64,000 nucleotides of DNA from NCBI GenBank assembly GCA_938085445.1, contig CALKGR010000076.1:25921-89920 (forward strand). Reading direction: 5' to 3'. This document shows, one piece after another, positions 30,001 through 35,101 of the stretch. A program made the position numbers and the translations under genes. Origin of the DNA: an uncultured Rubripirellula sp. (GTDB lineage: Bacteria > Planctomycetota > Planctomycetia > Pirellulales > Pirellulaceae). The notes under the pieces are model-generated. The model had not been told where the DNA came from, made no database searches, and was given only the letters and a program-made list of their open reading frames with translations. How positions within the stretch are numbered: position 1 is the first letter of the stretch; each line of letters starts with the position of its first letter.

Positions 30001-32320
30001 GATCGAAACCAACCAATTGTCAATCACTTCCGGCGTGCAAATCGGGGCCTCTCAAAATCCGATCTTGACTCTTGCTCTTGGCGAGCTTCAGGCTGATGCT
30101 CCCCAAGGTGTTTACCTCACTGAAATTGCAGGGGACCTGCTGGTGGGTTCTGCCCGTAGCGATGGAACCGTTCAACTTGCCGCGCCCTCGGGTTCGCTTA
30201 CTGTGCCGGGTTCCTCTACTCCCGGAGATTCGAGTCTTCTGATTGGTTCCGAGGGAAGTGCTCCCGCTGATAGCCCAGCGAGGGTTCGGGCAGAACAGCT
30301 TCGGCTTAGCAGTTTGAGTCATATTGGTGCGGTGGATACCGAGCTGGGAATCGCAGTTGCAAGTCTTGCGGCCTCTTCTGTGCTTGGTGACATTCACCTG
30401 GAACAGTCTGGTAACCTGTCCGTTGACCAGGAGATGCGAGCTGGTGGTGCGATTCGCCTGACAGGCGACTCGCATATCTCGGTAAGTTCTCCGATTGACG
30501 CCGCGGAGGAAATTGAGTTGAGGTCCAGTGGTGGAGCTGGCAGTTTATATCTCATGCCAAATGCACGCGTGGTTTCCGCCAACCGATTTGTCAATCTGTT
30601 TGCTGATGGTGCGGTGGTCGCCGAATTCGGGGCCCATTTGGAGAGCGCTGAACCTCTTTCGATTGCTACCGGTGCTGCTGCTCTTCCTGCCGGGAATCCA
30701 CATCGCATTCGATTGCTGGGTGCGATCACTGGTGGTCCGCTTGACTTGGCCACGGGGTCTGCAAATGATTCGGCGGAACTGGCCATCACGGATGTGATTG
30801 GAGTTGCTGGTAACCCACTTCAGGTAATGATTAGCCAGCTCGGAACGCTGCACCTTGACGATACCAGATCAAGTACCGGTCGAACGTATACGGCGTTGCA
30901 GGATCGGCTTAATACTGATGTTGCTGAGGTGCAACTTGGTGAGGTGCGAGCTGTCGTGATGAACTTTGGCTCCGGTGATGATAGCTTCCAGTCTCAAGCA
31001 TTGAGTGTTTTGGATTCGTTGGAAATTAATGGGAATGACGGACTTGATCATTTTGACATGGCCGCCTTTGGTGGCGGGTCAGGCTTGGTTGTAAAGGTGG
31101 CTGGCGGGAAACATGCTGATCAAGTGATGGTCGATGGACTCGGGACTCCCGTTTGGATAGTTGATGGTACCGTGCATGCAGGTGATCTGCGCATTGATCA
31201 CGGTGATGTGGAAAAGGTCTTGCTGCAGAATGCAGTTGAGGGACTTCCGGCAGAACAAGTTCAGCAACTGGAAATCGACTCCGACGATTTCCCGGAAGAC
31301 AGGTTGTTGCTGTTAGGAACTTCTGGTGAAGATGACTTGTTTGTGGGTTTAAGTTCCCGCGGAATTCAAGTGGATGGAACTTGGAATGAAACCGAGGAGC
31401 TGCGGCATCACTTTAGTGCGGTGGAGTATCAAGAAGTCGTTTTTGAATTGTTGGCTGGAGATGACAGTCTGCTTGTTAATGGAATGCCCAGTCATCAAGT
31501 GGTTGTTGATGGTGCCAACGGAGATGATTGGATCAGCGTCAATGGATCGCAAGCATTGATTACCGATTTGGATGGAAATAACTTCATTACCACTGGTGTA
31601 GGCAGTGATGAGATCCATACCGGATCAGGTCGAGATAAAATCGATGCGGGTGATGGACAGAATGTGGTCCACGATGCGGGTGGCATGAATTGGATTGTGA
31701 CCGGCATGCACGATGATGCGATTCACCACGAGAATGCTGGCGACTTTATTTCCGCATCGGATGGCATTAATCAAATCTGGCTGAATGGTGAGCTGCAAGG
31801 TTGGCACAACAACGACATGCCAACTGATGTGAATCTTGACGAGAGGACTTCGCCTTTGGATGTGCTGGTGATTATCAATCAGTTGGCCATTGTGGACTTC
31901 GTTGGTGATGACGGTCGCTACTTTTTCCCAGGCTCGGCGGACAGCCTCGACAAGTTGTATGATGTCAACGGTGATGGATACATGTCGACGCTTGACTGTG
32001 TGGTTGTGCTCAATGCATTGGGTCAGGTAGTGGGTGGTGGCGAAGGAGAAACGAGGTTGGGTTTTGTTCCTCGTGAAGTGCCCATTCCTTACCAGCCTGT
32101 GAGCGAAAAGAGTGACAAGAAAGCCGATGAGTGCTTTGCTGACTGGGACGAGTTGCTGCCGTTGTTGATTGCACCACCGAAGAGCCAAAGCGATTTTCTT
32201 CAGGCATGGGAGCAGGAAGAGTTGCGACGAAAGATTCTTTTGGAAACCGTTATCGAAGACATGATGCAGTCAAGGGAAGAAAAGGTGCAAATAAAATCAC
32301 TGCAATCAGGGCTGGTCTGA
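12008..32320 (+). CDS. Giant (~6,770 aa) extracellular adhesin-like protein with L-type lectin-like domains, beta-helix-like repeats and a C-terminal dockerin
   Basis: Uninterrupted 20.3-kb ORF; basic N-terminus followed by LERLEDRLLLT planctomycete export motif (12095-12127); Ser/Thr/Gly/Ala/Val-rich alternating stretches; lectin-like repeats ending YIGFTGGDGG; GxGxD repeats near 31500-31760; paired DVNxD dockerin motifs; ATG 12008 preferred over the TTG at 11900. Confidence 0.9.
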   Translation: MKLRTRDSRSRRLRARNSLRAARRRKRVGLERLEDRLLLTACPGGAEPIAGDYNLTEASLPLQISVPICYEGSINIDVTQPITVNAEVISTTGSIRLNSTQSLTINQAITSDEDGITLDADDEITIGGMLLAAAEIEITAEQAIGISADVVSSEGGVTVDADDKITIGAKLQASGGIEVTSHKSIDVSADIVSSGGEITLEAVHKRLNFGISALDQIQDLLTLGSGQLKVTVGGESEEVLISGAEGVSITAEAGINDKYNIGANTYFKNIYPVVMELLGKPDLFTLPVSVQVWNPLAEVTTQNVTLISEGGEVTVSAIAEANAKGKAVWNRVVGTGEKAGEGIGFDKGGGAAGFFFTDATATIDILDTIISGDGVEVSTEVKNEIELEVNAVTNNGLSNTNPSSVAIGFGLTELRTTSTVHVDQNSLISSSGNVKVEATGEDDNSNSVKATAYRDGVVGAAAGFTYTDGTISAVVDGEITLTRETAVDESETLPDALDFNPALQVDFTNSSVQFAGTTDYETADAVLFTSADSGTIPGLIPDTVYYLIVNSDTTNETYQLQFAATAEDATNNEPMLFGAAFPTLTNARTNVTAPITITVIDSDGRHLILFGYEATLGGESLYEDNDVVTYRSSADRFLGYEDQNNNNLLAPLAEGTYTVATVDSPFVEQYPLAIELLDSSGNPIALNGASYLENASGILYPISSYDSTQDSVDLSTIAIDSSTNEVVATPPTVPVQQGESLVFHAGLNNSIATLGEGVTYYAIVDTSNEGSIQLALTPSQAESSNPAVQNAQASLTAEVNGQVVSIPIGNFEMGLGLTFSEDPNLPNGTSVVYNAVAEKPINGLTDQATYIAYNVNNVNANPAVPQFIVALVNPEAVDLSTTADSGTFTLTVTDSQGAQGTTGPIAWNAASDDLNEAIDALQLPGVSVEVSGFGTPQSPWLIEGLGDDDVTVNSSQLGEGDAAATVTLQQAEMGTVLKSDAVSGTFTLNYTDPALSISGEFELNITADSGTFTLTVTDSQDNSETTEPIDWNASPTELAAAINVLPNSGGSVLVSGIGTSQSPWLITGMGDNAITIDSSELRDGDSAASASLETAKQSFSTIPLAWNATPNEVATALNALPNLAVSVSGMGNAISPWRIQGLLPSEVTVDRTALVNRFQQQASVQMTSDLQVAFWIGQTFQANGDSFTLTGADVDENTLTLLLSDDAPVVSADGTSLDNGSVTFSSVDAGATQMFSFADSGTFTLTITNPRTGATSTTDAIAWDADASIVAEEIGVLSGVSVDVNGSGSIQSPWLISGLNADQLEVNSDSLLRGTTQTNLFYRSTSYAANVVSTDADGGTFTLTFSVDGEATESNPIAYDATAAELTDVLRASSPRLSAEVFGRGTEAEPWVIIGLAQPIETGDALTFNDSWDLQSLGLLDGQTYYAVVNPQALDADMLIVGLAGSAVDAMANPPVLLSLSSSLDLRTGPSTIMTGAEESLTAIPEALELEISTELESGDSVTASGGIGGRPMLGYYTDGAKSAKSRWFSKEKAEGPSAIDHEITERTPEHLADKVNRFSATFGVSILDVKNDVQSVIGNTATIGAEGNVAVTSDLTEKIHASANAGLAKQSSKGESAVDHSKSSAVAVATVVAVLNNSSQAVIESDAEVTGTEGVEVASEITYPRRDSIPGADGGGWDEAYGIIKSLALNPTVNAVESWFFNTSTNVGIKGVGSEDSKRLDWILTGSVIVEDITNRNLAQIADGAQINQSTSGFSWYDVAAETTLQTADLGELEQTNGVSIDAKSDMTQWGSAGQLYIGLNLLTLGTADLANNILPFKKSSRNAFGGSANFVIISEQTQALLGGVDPDGNAPQNTSTNVTYGSGEDNVGLSVQAETATELIEISQSAGSSSGFGFEASTTYLLMGENEENDADRGQFTYAELNSENLPIELTPISGTVGEVVVEAADSSDLWAISGAVMLGATKGIGVSASVIELNRDAAAGVGSRTAGGTPKSTNRKQAGGDFTIDASMDGTIMPMALVGAISASRNSSIGGDGEDKVPAEGDVGGASSIEGKWGLGISGDFSGAFVDDRTQAYLSSPGTISGVESEGTELSVLEISAKNESIMNPIGGQATISIARGKSGAMAGIAGSASVAEYQSLVTAMLENATVEYLGIDLQALNEKRIGTCAAGLQVQAPKGADLQIAGSVVVNEIENTTISSATNLTQSEGLGEISLSALQLDQIWGGAGTAAVTYDRRSDKPRAKTAVGVGMSAVWNQIDNTTMAEVVGSTLHQSEGVFDVTAEDFTSSRVLSAGVNVAVPSGASIEIGGMWATNYLSPNTTAQVSGSTIENAATMDPMTVVAVLAPQMESFAGYFSIDFGKPLSTKETQIGIGVGAAVIVARLGPNDDDGAALPTLAQVTNSTIDRMGNITVQAYTGALTDQTASFVPRQNLVESQVGEQSMHSLAIAGSAQGENSADSSFSLGIVVNGAVVVTDIKISTQATVTTNSQLNQNSSANESQSTVQVLATNQLNVSTDAGGASVSESVSLTGSSVDIAVGGAENSFDSSSHTSATIENSSAVIGESVNVIARHSPISDNAAFGVAVSVAVSTAEFGAAFGFSGAFLQSDQSDSVHAGISDSNVTVSATLTVQADDQSRMTTGSGAGSLQVSYGSAGAVALAPSAVTNKVTMGNTVLAWIGQQPLADGTLVDHAISADGSSVNAGGAITVAATCDQAILNKAIAVAVSVSIAPDFASAAGSGSGASSKVTTNNIIKAAVNGVSDFTVEGVAGLSVKATDSGNTDVTVGTAAASLGWFGASIGVSLAEIVNNDQVVSEVQSTTIRTGGTNDTGAPVEIVAEDRVQLTTDSVATSLSISIGASGAGGNSNITSNAEVAASFGDGATMTALPGAVFGDLTVKADSSEQILAEIFGGSGGLGSVGVFNSDAERAGSTLAILSTVSALDVNDLSVIASTTQGVTSEGMSVTIGGLAGTGENHNVTVRESVSTIFTGQNQQWNIDGNLLVTASSTNVATARTSGAGGEGEDISASLMGVGFFKVDSDVSPNVSLQVAEVNLNVIGTTTFDVKASNQNNTQAKSGSGSLVGGDAAKATTTNSPNVEMTIKQMDLISGPTNISGIIETRYSTNANSVYATEVGGSAARSYNTSEPVLTLSVGTPDATTADTTIQASGTVAVSASNTLLGIGDGNSKNAAGFMARVGAGGGISGFGGTANSTVTGSSTIELHDYVSIESTENGNVEIGSTNDWQSTQLTHLGTGGAINGAGVQSILDSTLNNTITVGSDVQIVAPGGEIGIGTNNYSATTSNADSYTFGLAGGSSSDSSNEMKSTQTVTIGSNTKLHAGRDIVVTAGYNPVGNKGTLMDVYAVVTARCAGLLEIPSTTADASATVNNAVTIEPGTSIISHADVEFGAVPGINNASWYTFANIDGAKGKVHQGSDGLTESNAVTFDGEVIAGNMNELSVVIPASGDTINVNNLVSETIAESITTIQPLPNDIFDVSNAFLPFQVVRDPNYDATQLLDGLDATSRAILESSISDQPVVAIKLTDLAAVGGQAVLYADTLNGSGSVTAKVPSVSISNSSPAYLLLGNLGEDAPNNAPASTLAANTLNMGQVNIVGGADHPSSISFHQTNAVPEIVISQTYGESIPGSSAGPAVAIEKDIVNTAGSVQITNVMGALVQTAPINAKSVSISTPNSAYIVSTPADYYGSSGEIIDYWTPGTSLSGDGTFETPSTSSYIYNPSGSDWDFNGSSGVSTNGSGFTSGNPDAPQGTQVAFLQEKGQISQYIDSMTDGSSYVMQFKAAQREGYPEQSIEIALDGQSLCTITPTSISYDIYSCSFEVPAKETVDTDSLLLTDGVNDTSKAFWYQDRIDLPESGTITFDFTYQAGGDKAADGIALAFQNVGVNAIGDSGGALGYVGIASPTAAYQINLYDGHVQGSNFVTDNSSGNYLSTSPVDFNSGNEVRVQLVYDADANTVTETLTDLTANTTYFQTYENIDLRDLLGASTYIGFTGGDGGATSTQTVSSFAMTINDLDNPNGSTSSEGFENWEINGNRLLTVTGLEPSGADETVFLDELVLATNPAGFVPGLNSYVTNYTANLAATTAATVLYIDESNANGNDGTFSNWLYNTGNDHARVNYDVRPGEVGGNYPNKAKDNYGTTQNGSGIIFFGSQIPYLWEDASGTTISSGAGNLTDGLGYLDTLANAQIYSKAATGNDADSYKNVTQGTGPQNDNASPGKGIFPVLPADFPTSVSVSSPSARSLGGSGITAGSLDITALFLDINGPINVGAVNQEISVVLGSDLNQQIMNYQNAYENGTQASATMDIDSYFGNSGMTGYYDAAYEKIFLDPYAINAGVTEAVFTGAIISTTEFGQINVHSDPGDIAINNQTNYPLVLATIAASDQQVAGIVLMNDTITNKSTAYVYNPVDEVRVFQGDFNSDMDEMTLVNSLATDSASFQPGSEQSSVAGSVMSSELAYQWETDAWISRDLHFSVNASGGYDLQSSSANDDSWTWGPESGSSNNTTVEKNPFPSIDTLLLSNGQDNNANAYWHPEKFTSLEDDFTVTFTYRASGERSADGITFAFQNEGATAVGGPGGALGYVGITGATAAYQINLYEGHVQGSNFVTSNTSGNYISTSPVNFNSGNEIRVELAYDVDAQTLTETLTDLTAGTSYAITHDNIDLGALLGSSAYVGFTGGDGGATSIQTVTDFSLTSSSGNLEGFASWNDLWRQKILTENTETNATQTVKAIITQAETATTHFDGSSSGAWDMGPSTTWDWTYPTEILLQVVNQVPAANPISLDFGGVQSGSLAVVSNEDLELAGNIIFPGSVRLSSAQDLTQAHNAVVAAGQLDLVAENGSVGEAGFPIHIESDSSNAVNVNSDAGVYLSADADLCVGQLVASDGPVEVTTAGNLTSGASDAKIEGTNITLQVVNGSIGTQLEPLTIYTQVSQLESGTVTDGLLTAAAADGVFVVQPEGDLRLLSVTTSSPLGVVSITTQGGSITDGNASDVFNLNQLTRQEAEELIEQIKNVQQNTADLTVTAFEASVDQKYLQYWTLLPANGAYNEQTGMFVLNDDGITYYQTPANLYYTEQSGNESEVVATEAQVQEYGNLLYQNSLAVFQENLVFGADWVSLPQFQSYDPNYTFTASEVVVNELTYGATDLSNSFAMLSLEALGPQGSAVLGPIKPAVKTTVLNLDAAGSIGLPFHVVKIDYEKFLQGNLSSQETSILTQATAAGELQIIGVNASGQRVVYSSRSQPENVTPVAVLVQIDKPIYVDLAENGLVQLQAEDSINLAEALGNLNILHAETSGTVKFVSQANVFNIPLNQTTSVTGWSSDKGGVLGYTDNDLVYTATDFTLGSPVFSTGAIANGSFEQPVQSADGFTYDPVTTDWTFSSQSGISGNGSGFTNDNPVAPLGSQVAFIQEQGKMSQQIDGLVAGQAYSLQFDVAQRSGFPSPTFTVDLDGQLLTTQTPVSTAYETVTIPFSLDTTSIELTDGQYSEAHAYWYQTPIAIGDAGQFTVEFTYQAGGDAAADGVTFAFQKEGTNALGATGGALGYVGITGPTAAYQINLYDGHQQGSNFVTTNSSEAYLSTDPIDFNSGNPIQVQLVFDAVQQTVVETLTDTLQNTTFTRTYDGVDLATLLDDYAYIGFTGGDGGASSIQTVTDFKLWREDKSSSPAISGFGGWEFTGQHTLTFQGVDAASVDQTAFFDAVKITRSPGIVSGDLRLVASEALGTESIPLNVQVGGRLDVFATDDLYLTHASSNNLLLNAIYAGGDSTIEAPTANVFAVENLFKGSVAGFGVDGSGNGWASESVEGSVSFTEDTVALQNAAAPAGATDTWYSNAATQLDNSVTIEDRFISSFVYQNDGFDANLSFVLASVDTNVATLAQAGKTIVPNTFTLVIDDDAIDAAYGGHFKSTPVPDQFGISSGDPIEVLLIYEFLTRTASVTLTNAGTSLTFDLPALDLVKVLGTNQAKVGFVAHGDGLDSIQNVSAFSFSYGAPTIETNQLSITSGVQIGASQNPILTLALGELQADAPQGVYLTEIAGDLLVGSARSDGTVQLAAPSGSLTVPGSSTPGDSSLLIGSEGSAPADSPARVRAEQLRLSSLSHIGAVDTELGIAVASLAASSVLGDIHLEQSGNLSVDQEMRAGGAIRLTGDSHISVSSPIDAAEEIELRSSGGAGSLYLMPNARVVSANRFVNLFADGAVVAEFGAHLESAEPLSIATGAAALPAGNPHRIRLLGAITGGPLDLATGSANDSAELAITDVIGVAGNPLQVMISQLGTLHLDDTRSSTGRTYTALQDRLNTDVAEVQLGEVRAVVMNFGSGDDSFQSQALSVLDSLEINGNDGLDHFDMAAFGGGSGLVVKVAGGKHADQVMVDGLGTPVWIVDGTVHAGDLRIDHGDVEKVLLQNAVEGLPAEQVQQLEIDSDDFPEDRLLLLGTSGEDDLFVGLSSRGIQVDGTWNETEELRHHFSAVEYQEVVFELLAGDDSLLVNGMPSHQVVVDGANGDDWISVNGSQALITDLDGNNFITTGVGSDEIHTGSGRDKIDAGDGQNVVHDAGGMNWIVTGMHDDAIHHENAGDFISASDGINQIWLNGELQGWHNNDMPTDVNLDERTSPLDVLVIINQLAIVDFVGDDGRYFFPGSADSLDKLYDVNGDGYMSTLDCVVVLNALGQVVGGGEGETRLGFVPREVPIPYQPVSEKSDKKADECFADWDELLPLLIAPPKSQSDFLQAWEQEELRRKILLETVIEDMMQSREEKVQIKSLQSGLV
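14648..16195 (+). repeat. Five copies of a ~75-aa 'GTFTLT...I.WNA...L..L...V.G.G....PW.I.GL' domain within the giant protein, one split by insertion of another
   Basis: Copies at 14648-14878, 14945-14986 continuing at 15296-15469 (split), 15023-15250, 15716-15943 and 16010-16195, from visual alignment of the translation. Confidence 0.8.
23531..24070 (+). repeat. L-type (legume/bacterial) lectin-like domain, copy 1
   Basis: LLLTDG...AFWY...FDFTYQ...ADGIALAFQN...GGALGY...YIGFTGGDGGATSTQTV, the L-lectin pattern ADG..F / GG.LGY / GFT(A/G). Confidence 0.8.
25583..26122 (+). repeat. L-type lectin-like domain, copy 2
   Basis: ADGITFAFQN, GGALGYVGI, AAYQINLY, YVGFTGGDGGATSIQTV; closely similar to copy 1. 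Confidence 0.8.
28460..28996 (+). repeat. L-type lectin-like domain, copy 3
   Basis: ADGVTFAFQK, GGALGYVGI, AAYQINLYDGH, YIGFTGGDGGASSIQTV. Confidence 0.8.
31802..32019 (+). other. Dockerin type I-like domain (planctomycete type) at the C-terminus of the giant protein
   Basis: WHNNDMPTDVNLDERTSPLDVLVIINQL ... YDVNGDGYMSTLDCVVVLNAL: two EF-hand-like duplicated segments. Confidence 0.8.
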
Positions 32321-32709
32321 TCCTGGTGCCGAGACCCGGAAATCCAGTAGGGAGATCGTACGCAGTTTGCTGGGATGAATTGAGTGTGTCAGGTTCCGGG
32401 CTGCTGACAGTCTTTCTGCATGGCAGGAAACTAGCGGATCCGTTTCTTGGTGCCACGGCGTAGTGAAACCTGATCTTCGGATGTGAGGTGAGAGCTTTGT
32501 TATGGTGAAACAGATCTTTTGCGGTGGAAAATGTCGGTGTTGATTCAAGGAGATTGAATTGTTTGGTAGCGACCATCTCGCTGACAATTCTTCCAGTTTT
32601 TCTTGGCAGATCAACTCGAAACATTTTTAGTTAGTCGGTGTTAGAACCAAGCCAAATCAGTCGGTTGTTTGCCATGTTTGTTTTTTCGCCGTGAGAGAAT
32701 TGATTCGAT

Positions 32710-34674
32710 ATGAATAAGTTTCTTTGTCTGCTCTTGTTTTTAGGTCTATCCGCATGCGGCGATGCCGTGCTTGCGCAGCGAGGATTCGGGGGTGGATTTC
32801 GCGGCGGTTCTGGGGGTGGTGCTCGTGAAAGAATCGCGCCCGAAGATTTGAAATTTGAAATGGGTGTCGCTGGTATACCTGACTTGAGCACGTTTGCAAA
32901 ATTGTCTTATAAGGGCACCGATGTCGGACGGGATCCCTACTTGGCAAACTTGCAGTACGTGAAGTTCCTGATCGAGAACCCAGAGACCGATGAAGCTGCT
33001 TTGTACTTCATGAACACTGGAAATTACCGGGCGCATCCTCCCTACATGGGAATGGTCGGGATGAACAGTCGCGGTGCTATCCGGGGGGCCATTTCTTTTC
33101 AGCCGAGAATGAAAGATGCTGCGGGCGGAGCAGGTCTGTACGTCTTTGATTTTCAGCCAAACGATGCGTTCTCCTTTGAAACGATCAAGTACGTGCGGGA
33201 CACACTGGTCAAGGGAGCCCCATTTCTAAAGGGGCAGTTGGCCTATCATCCACTGCGGGGCGGCATGGCCCGTTACGAAGCTGACAAAGCCAAGTATGAA
33301 GCGTCGGATGTTGCCGTTCACCTCGATGCTGATCTGTACGAAAAAATTGGTTTCTTGCCGCTGAATGGGGGTGAGTCCTTTGGCCGACTACGCGTGATGG
33401 GCAATGAGACACGTTCCTCACCACGTGATATTGTGATTTGTAAAACACTACCAAACCAGATGCCTCGTGTAGCCGGTGTTATCTCTGCAGAGCGGCAAAC
33501 GCCACTTTCGCACGTCAATCTGCGCTGTGTTCAAGATCGTGTTCCAAATGCGTTTGTTGCCAACGCCATGGATCAAGGTGCAATCAGTTCGCTGGTTGGA
33601 AAACTGGTTCGCTATTCCGTCTCTTCTGATGGTTATTCATTGCGTGAAGCTACCAAAGAGGAAGTGGATGATCACTTCAGTAACTCACGCCCCAGCGAAC
33701 CGTTGGTTCCCTCGCGAGACCTTTCGGTAAACGAGATCAAACCTTTACAAGAAATTCGCTTTGAAAATGCTGGCAGCTTTGGTGCAAAGGCATCCAATCT
33801 GGCAACCATGCATACATTTGGTTTCCCCGCAGGCATGATCCCCGAAGGTTATGGGGTCCCATTCGCGTTCTACGATGAGTTCATGAAACAGAATGGATTT
33901 TATGCCAAGGTGGATGCCATGCTCAGCAATCCAGAGTTCCAGCAGGATCGTGAAGTACAGCAGAGCATGCTGAAAGAACTTCGTGGACAGATGAAACAGG
34001 GAACCATGTCCCAAGCAATGCTGGACAGCTTGAAAAAGATTCAGGAATCCTTTTCGCCAGGAACTGCCATTCGATGTCGTTCAAGTACTAACAATGAAGA
34101 TCTGGCGGGTTTCAGTGGCGCCGGCTTGTACGACTCTTTCACGCACAATCCCGATGAAGGGCATCTGGCTAAATCAATCAAGCAGGTGTATGCCAGTCTT
34201 TGGAACTTTCGTGCGTTTGAGGAACGTGATTTTTATCGAGTTGACCACAAGATGACGGCCATGGGGGTTCTGCTGCACCCCAATTACAAGAACGAACGGG
34301 CAAACGGTGTCGTAGTGACCGACGATGTTCTGTATGAATCACAGGGTAACTACTACATCAATACCCAGGTGGGCGAGGATCTGGTCACGAATCCTGACGC
34401 TGAATCCTCTCCTGAGGAAATTCTGCTTGGTTGGTGGAAAGAAGATGGGCACCAAGTGGTGCGACGATCAACCGATGCTGCTGAAAACGAAACGTTACTT
34501 GGAGATAAGCACCTGGCAGATTTACGGGATCGCCTTGCAAAAATTCACGGAAAGTTTCGTAAGCTTTATGGCGAGGGTGAAGATGATCAGTTCGCCATGG
34601 AGGTCGAGTTCAAAATCACGAAAGATGGCAAACTTGTCATCAAACAGGCGCGACCGTGGGTGTTTGCTAACTGA
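32710..34674 (+). CDS. PEP/pyruvate-binding-domain (PPDK_N, ATP-grasp) protein with signal peptide
   Basis: FGAKASNL, IPEGYGVPF, RCRSSTNNEDLAGFSGAGLYDS, IKQVYASLWN and MEVEFK...IKQARP match the PEP-synthase N-terminal ATP-grasp domain; the ORF ends there, with no phospho-His or PEP-binding domain; N-terminal hydrophobic signal ending A-V-L-A. Confidence 0.82.
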   Translation: MNKFLCLLLFLGLSACGDAVLAQRGFGGGFRGGSGGGARERIAPEDLKFEMGVAGIPDLSTFAKLSYKGTDVGRDPYLANLQYVKFLIENPETDEAALYFMNTGNYRAHPPYMGMVGMNSRGAIRGAISFQPRMKDAAGGAGLYVFDFQPNDAFSFETIKYVRDTLVKGAPFLKGQLAYHPLRGGMARYEADKAKYEASDVAVHLDADLYEKIGFLPLNGGESFGRLRVMGNETRSSPRDIVICKTLPNQMPRVAGVISAERQTPLSHVNLRCVQDRVPNAFVANAMDQGAISSLVGKLVRYSVSSDGYSLREATKEEVDDHFSNSRPSEPLVPSRDLSVNEIKPLQEIRFENAGSFGAKASNLATMHTFGFPAGMIPEGYGVPFAFYDEFMKQNGFYAKVDAMLSNPEFQQDREVQQSMLKELRGQMKQGTMSQAMLDSLKKIQESFSPGTAIRCRSSTNNEDLAGFSGAGLYDSFTHNPDEGHLAKSIKQVYASLWNFRAFEERDFYRVDHKMTAMGVLLHPNYKNERANGVVVTDDVLYESQGNYYINTQVGEDLVTNPDAESSPEEILLGWWKEDGHQVVRRSTDAAENETLLGDKHLADLRDRLAKIHGKFRKLYGEGEDDQFAMEVEFKITKDGKLVIKQARPWVFAN

Positions 34675-35101
34675 TCAGTTCGCCCGCCCCAGCCAGCCCT
34701 GCTTACGCTGGACGTTTTGAGTGCATGGCTGGATGCTGTGATGGGCCTTTGTGAGGTCCAAGCCTCAGGTACCAAGTACCGATCTGAAATCGCCTCTGCC
34801 GAACAATTGCTGGAAAGTGGTGTTCAGGGACTTTGCGGTTCTTGTACGCAAAAATCATGCCGCGGGGGCATTTGTTTCAAAATGAAACAAATTGCTCAAA
34901 ATGCGATTTGCAGGGCATGCTGGACACCCGCGTTGGGTCCCGTGTGTATTTGACGTTTGCCCCGCAAAAAACGCGATTTCTCATCTTCATTGGGGACAGC
35001 ATTGTCACGTCATCGCCTGCGGCATCTCACTTGCGTTATACCGCAAGTGAAGTCTTACGTGCTTTGCGCCTTCTTTTGTTTTCCACTTGAGGATCTTGTC
35101 C

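Noticed and set aside
12325-32188. Numerous antisense/alternate-frame ORFs inside the giant gene (e.g. 17662-18324, 24353-24916, 29321-29938)
   Set aside because: Typical shadow ORFs of a long coding strand, with no motifs or independent signals.
12008-32320. RTX/MARTX toxin
   Set aside because: There are only a few GxGxD repeats, no recognisable effector or cysteine-protease domain and no T1SS genes. The export motif and dockerin fit an adhesin better.
32250-32624. 124-aa minus-strand ORF between the giant gene and the PPDK_N gene
   Set aside because: No recognisable motif, and it overlaps the giant gene's 3' end on the opposite strand.
32710-34674. ppsA / ppdK / rifampin phosphotransferase assignment
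   Set aside because: The phospho-His and PEP-binding domains are absent and a signal peptide is present.
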